From Catajapyx aquilonaris (lineage: Eukaryota): a stretch of DNA of 34,876 nt. The stretch's first letter is position 1, and every line of letters starts with the position of its first letter. Under the pieces are notes generated by a model, which saw only the letters and a program-made list of their open reading frames with translations, was not told the DNA's origin and made no database searches. Shown piece after piece: positions 33,034 through 34,876 of the stretch. A program made the translations under genes and the position numbers. Location of the stretch: NCBI GenBank assembly GCA_000934665.2, contig KZ539088.1:1-34876 (forward strand). The letters are read 5' to 3'.

Positions 33034-34876
33034 CTGCCGGTGGTGCAGTGTAGTCCTGAGCGTGAGGCCATCACCCTCTTGCCCGCAGCCTCGCAGTCAG
33101 ACTCCAGGGAGAGCGTCCTGGACAACACAGCAGCAGCCGCAAGCAGAAACACCAGGAACCATTGACTACGTCTTTTCTTCTTCTATCTACTCGCTCGCCT
33201 CCTATTTGTCATGGTCATCATAATACAAACCCCCGCCCCCACGACCCAAGCCTCCAAAAACCCTCGTCTCCACACACACACAAGAGAGGAGTGAACCACC
33301 TGCGGAAATCATGCGTTTTATCAGCAGCGAACAGCCGATTGCAGGACCTTAAGTTAAAACATGGAGCGTATCGGCTGATTTTAACGTATGAGAGAGAGAG
33401 GAAAAGTGTGGGACGCAGGATCCGTTAGTGCTTCATTGTAAACTCGTTAGGGAGCCTAAAATTTGTGTCTTTTTTTGCTTTTTACTTGCACGCCTTCTGG
33501 CAGGTTGTGGACCTAGTGAAACCCGCATTATTCTTCCCAGTGCATGGACAGGTTTTTGCTCCTTTTTTTCCTTGTGAATTGTACGCGCAAATGTGTGTGT
33601 GTGTGGCGAAAGTGGTCGTAGCAATATATTTTCCTCTTGCTGGCATTTGTTTTCTTATGGCTGTTTATTCTTTTAATTTCGTTGCGTGCGTGTGTGTGGT
33701 GGGGGACGTGGAGTTTATTTGGGGGATGGGGAGGGGGGCAACGTTTACATAGGACCAGATGCGTGATGTTTATTGCGGACATTCAGTGTTTTTTAGGGTT
33801 AATTTTTTTTTCCGCACCTTTCCCGACCCACCCGCTCGATTAATATTGACTCCCCCCCCCCTTCCGAAAGGCAAAAATAAAAACTACAAAAACCACACAC
33901 AGTGCATCAAATTCCATCCAATGGACCGACCCGTACTTACCCTCCCCCCGCCACCAATCCTTCAGCACATATTGTGGACACCCTTTTTATGTTGCCATAA
34001 GTAGCGATCACTATTGCACACCTAGATGTCGTGTGTTCATAATCTGATCCCCCCCCAAACTATTTTTTCTGTCCTTTTGAGAACAAGTCTTTCCCCCCCT
34101 GGAAGAGTTTTAAAAAAAACTATTATGTCACCCGCTATAGACTGTTGGACGAAGAAGAAGAAGGAGAGAAAGAAATACTGTACGATGCCAGATCTCTCGT
34201 CTGGTTTTATAAAGTAACGAATGAGAAAGTGTTCCCCGTTTATTTAACCCTCCTGCAAAAAAACCGGGGTTCCCAATTAAGACGACTGGGGGTTATACCA
34301 AACAGCACACCTTTATTCGTACTTGGATGACAATGGTTGCAATTATTTTTCACAACTTGTTTAAATCCGAAAGCATTTAAAGATTGGGAGAAATATTCCT
34401 AGGCTTTGAAAAAGGCGAAGTCTTTTTTTTTTTTTCAAGGGGAAGGATCGCTCGCTCGTGTACATTTCAATCGCATGCTCTCGGTACGTTCACTCGAGGG
34501 GTGGGACAAAAAGACGGCCACTGTACAAAAAACCCAACTGCTTCAAACTACACACCTTTTTAGTAAAATTACAAAGACTGATAAAAAGTTATGAAACGAC
34601 AGCCACTTGTGTACCTTTTTTTTTCTTTTAAATTGTGTAAACATATACACCCCCACAATTGCGTAATCATTGAAAAGTTAATTGCTTTGTATCCTCGTTG
34701 AGTGTTTCAAAGTGAGAAAGGATGAAATTAATATCATGTGGGTTCCAAACAATAGTAAATACACTTGCTTCTTTAAAACTAGAATCCGGGGATAGTTTCC
34801 CCCCCCCGGCTATACCCTAAAGTCGCTAATTACGACGTTATGTACACCACATTTGCACACACGCTCGGGGGAAATA

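Overview
Eukaryotic (animal, probably arthropod) genomic DNA, not prokaryotic; most ORFs in the supplied track are spurious or single exons. The right half (16.5-33 kb) is gene-dense, with mostly 50-66 bp GT-AG introns. It holds four recognisable genes: a GH31 MYORG/tobi-like glycosidase (-), CEP120 (-), INTS14 (-) and casein kinase 1 gamma/gilgamesh (+). The left half (1-16 kb) is a mosaic of non-autonomous DNA transposons (a palindromic MITE with 7-bp TSDs, two hAT-type MITEs with 8-bp TSDs, TA-flanked MITEs) and tandem arrays (93, 94, ~70 and 69 bp units). It also has a few exon-like segments that may belong to a large minus-strand gene running off the left edge. The most notable candidates are three extra in-frame coding segments in the CK1-gamma introns (an alternative non-palmitoylated C-terminus, a Pro-rich kinase-loop insert and an acidic cassette exon), a stacked transposon insertion site near 1.9-2.6 kb, an IR1/EcRE-like foldback minisatellite in CEP120 intron 1, and a possible spliced divergent transcript upstream of CEP120. 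I see no convincing evidence for a wholly new biological system; these are testable candidates only.
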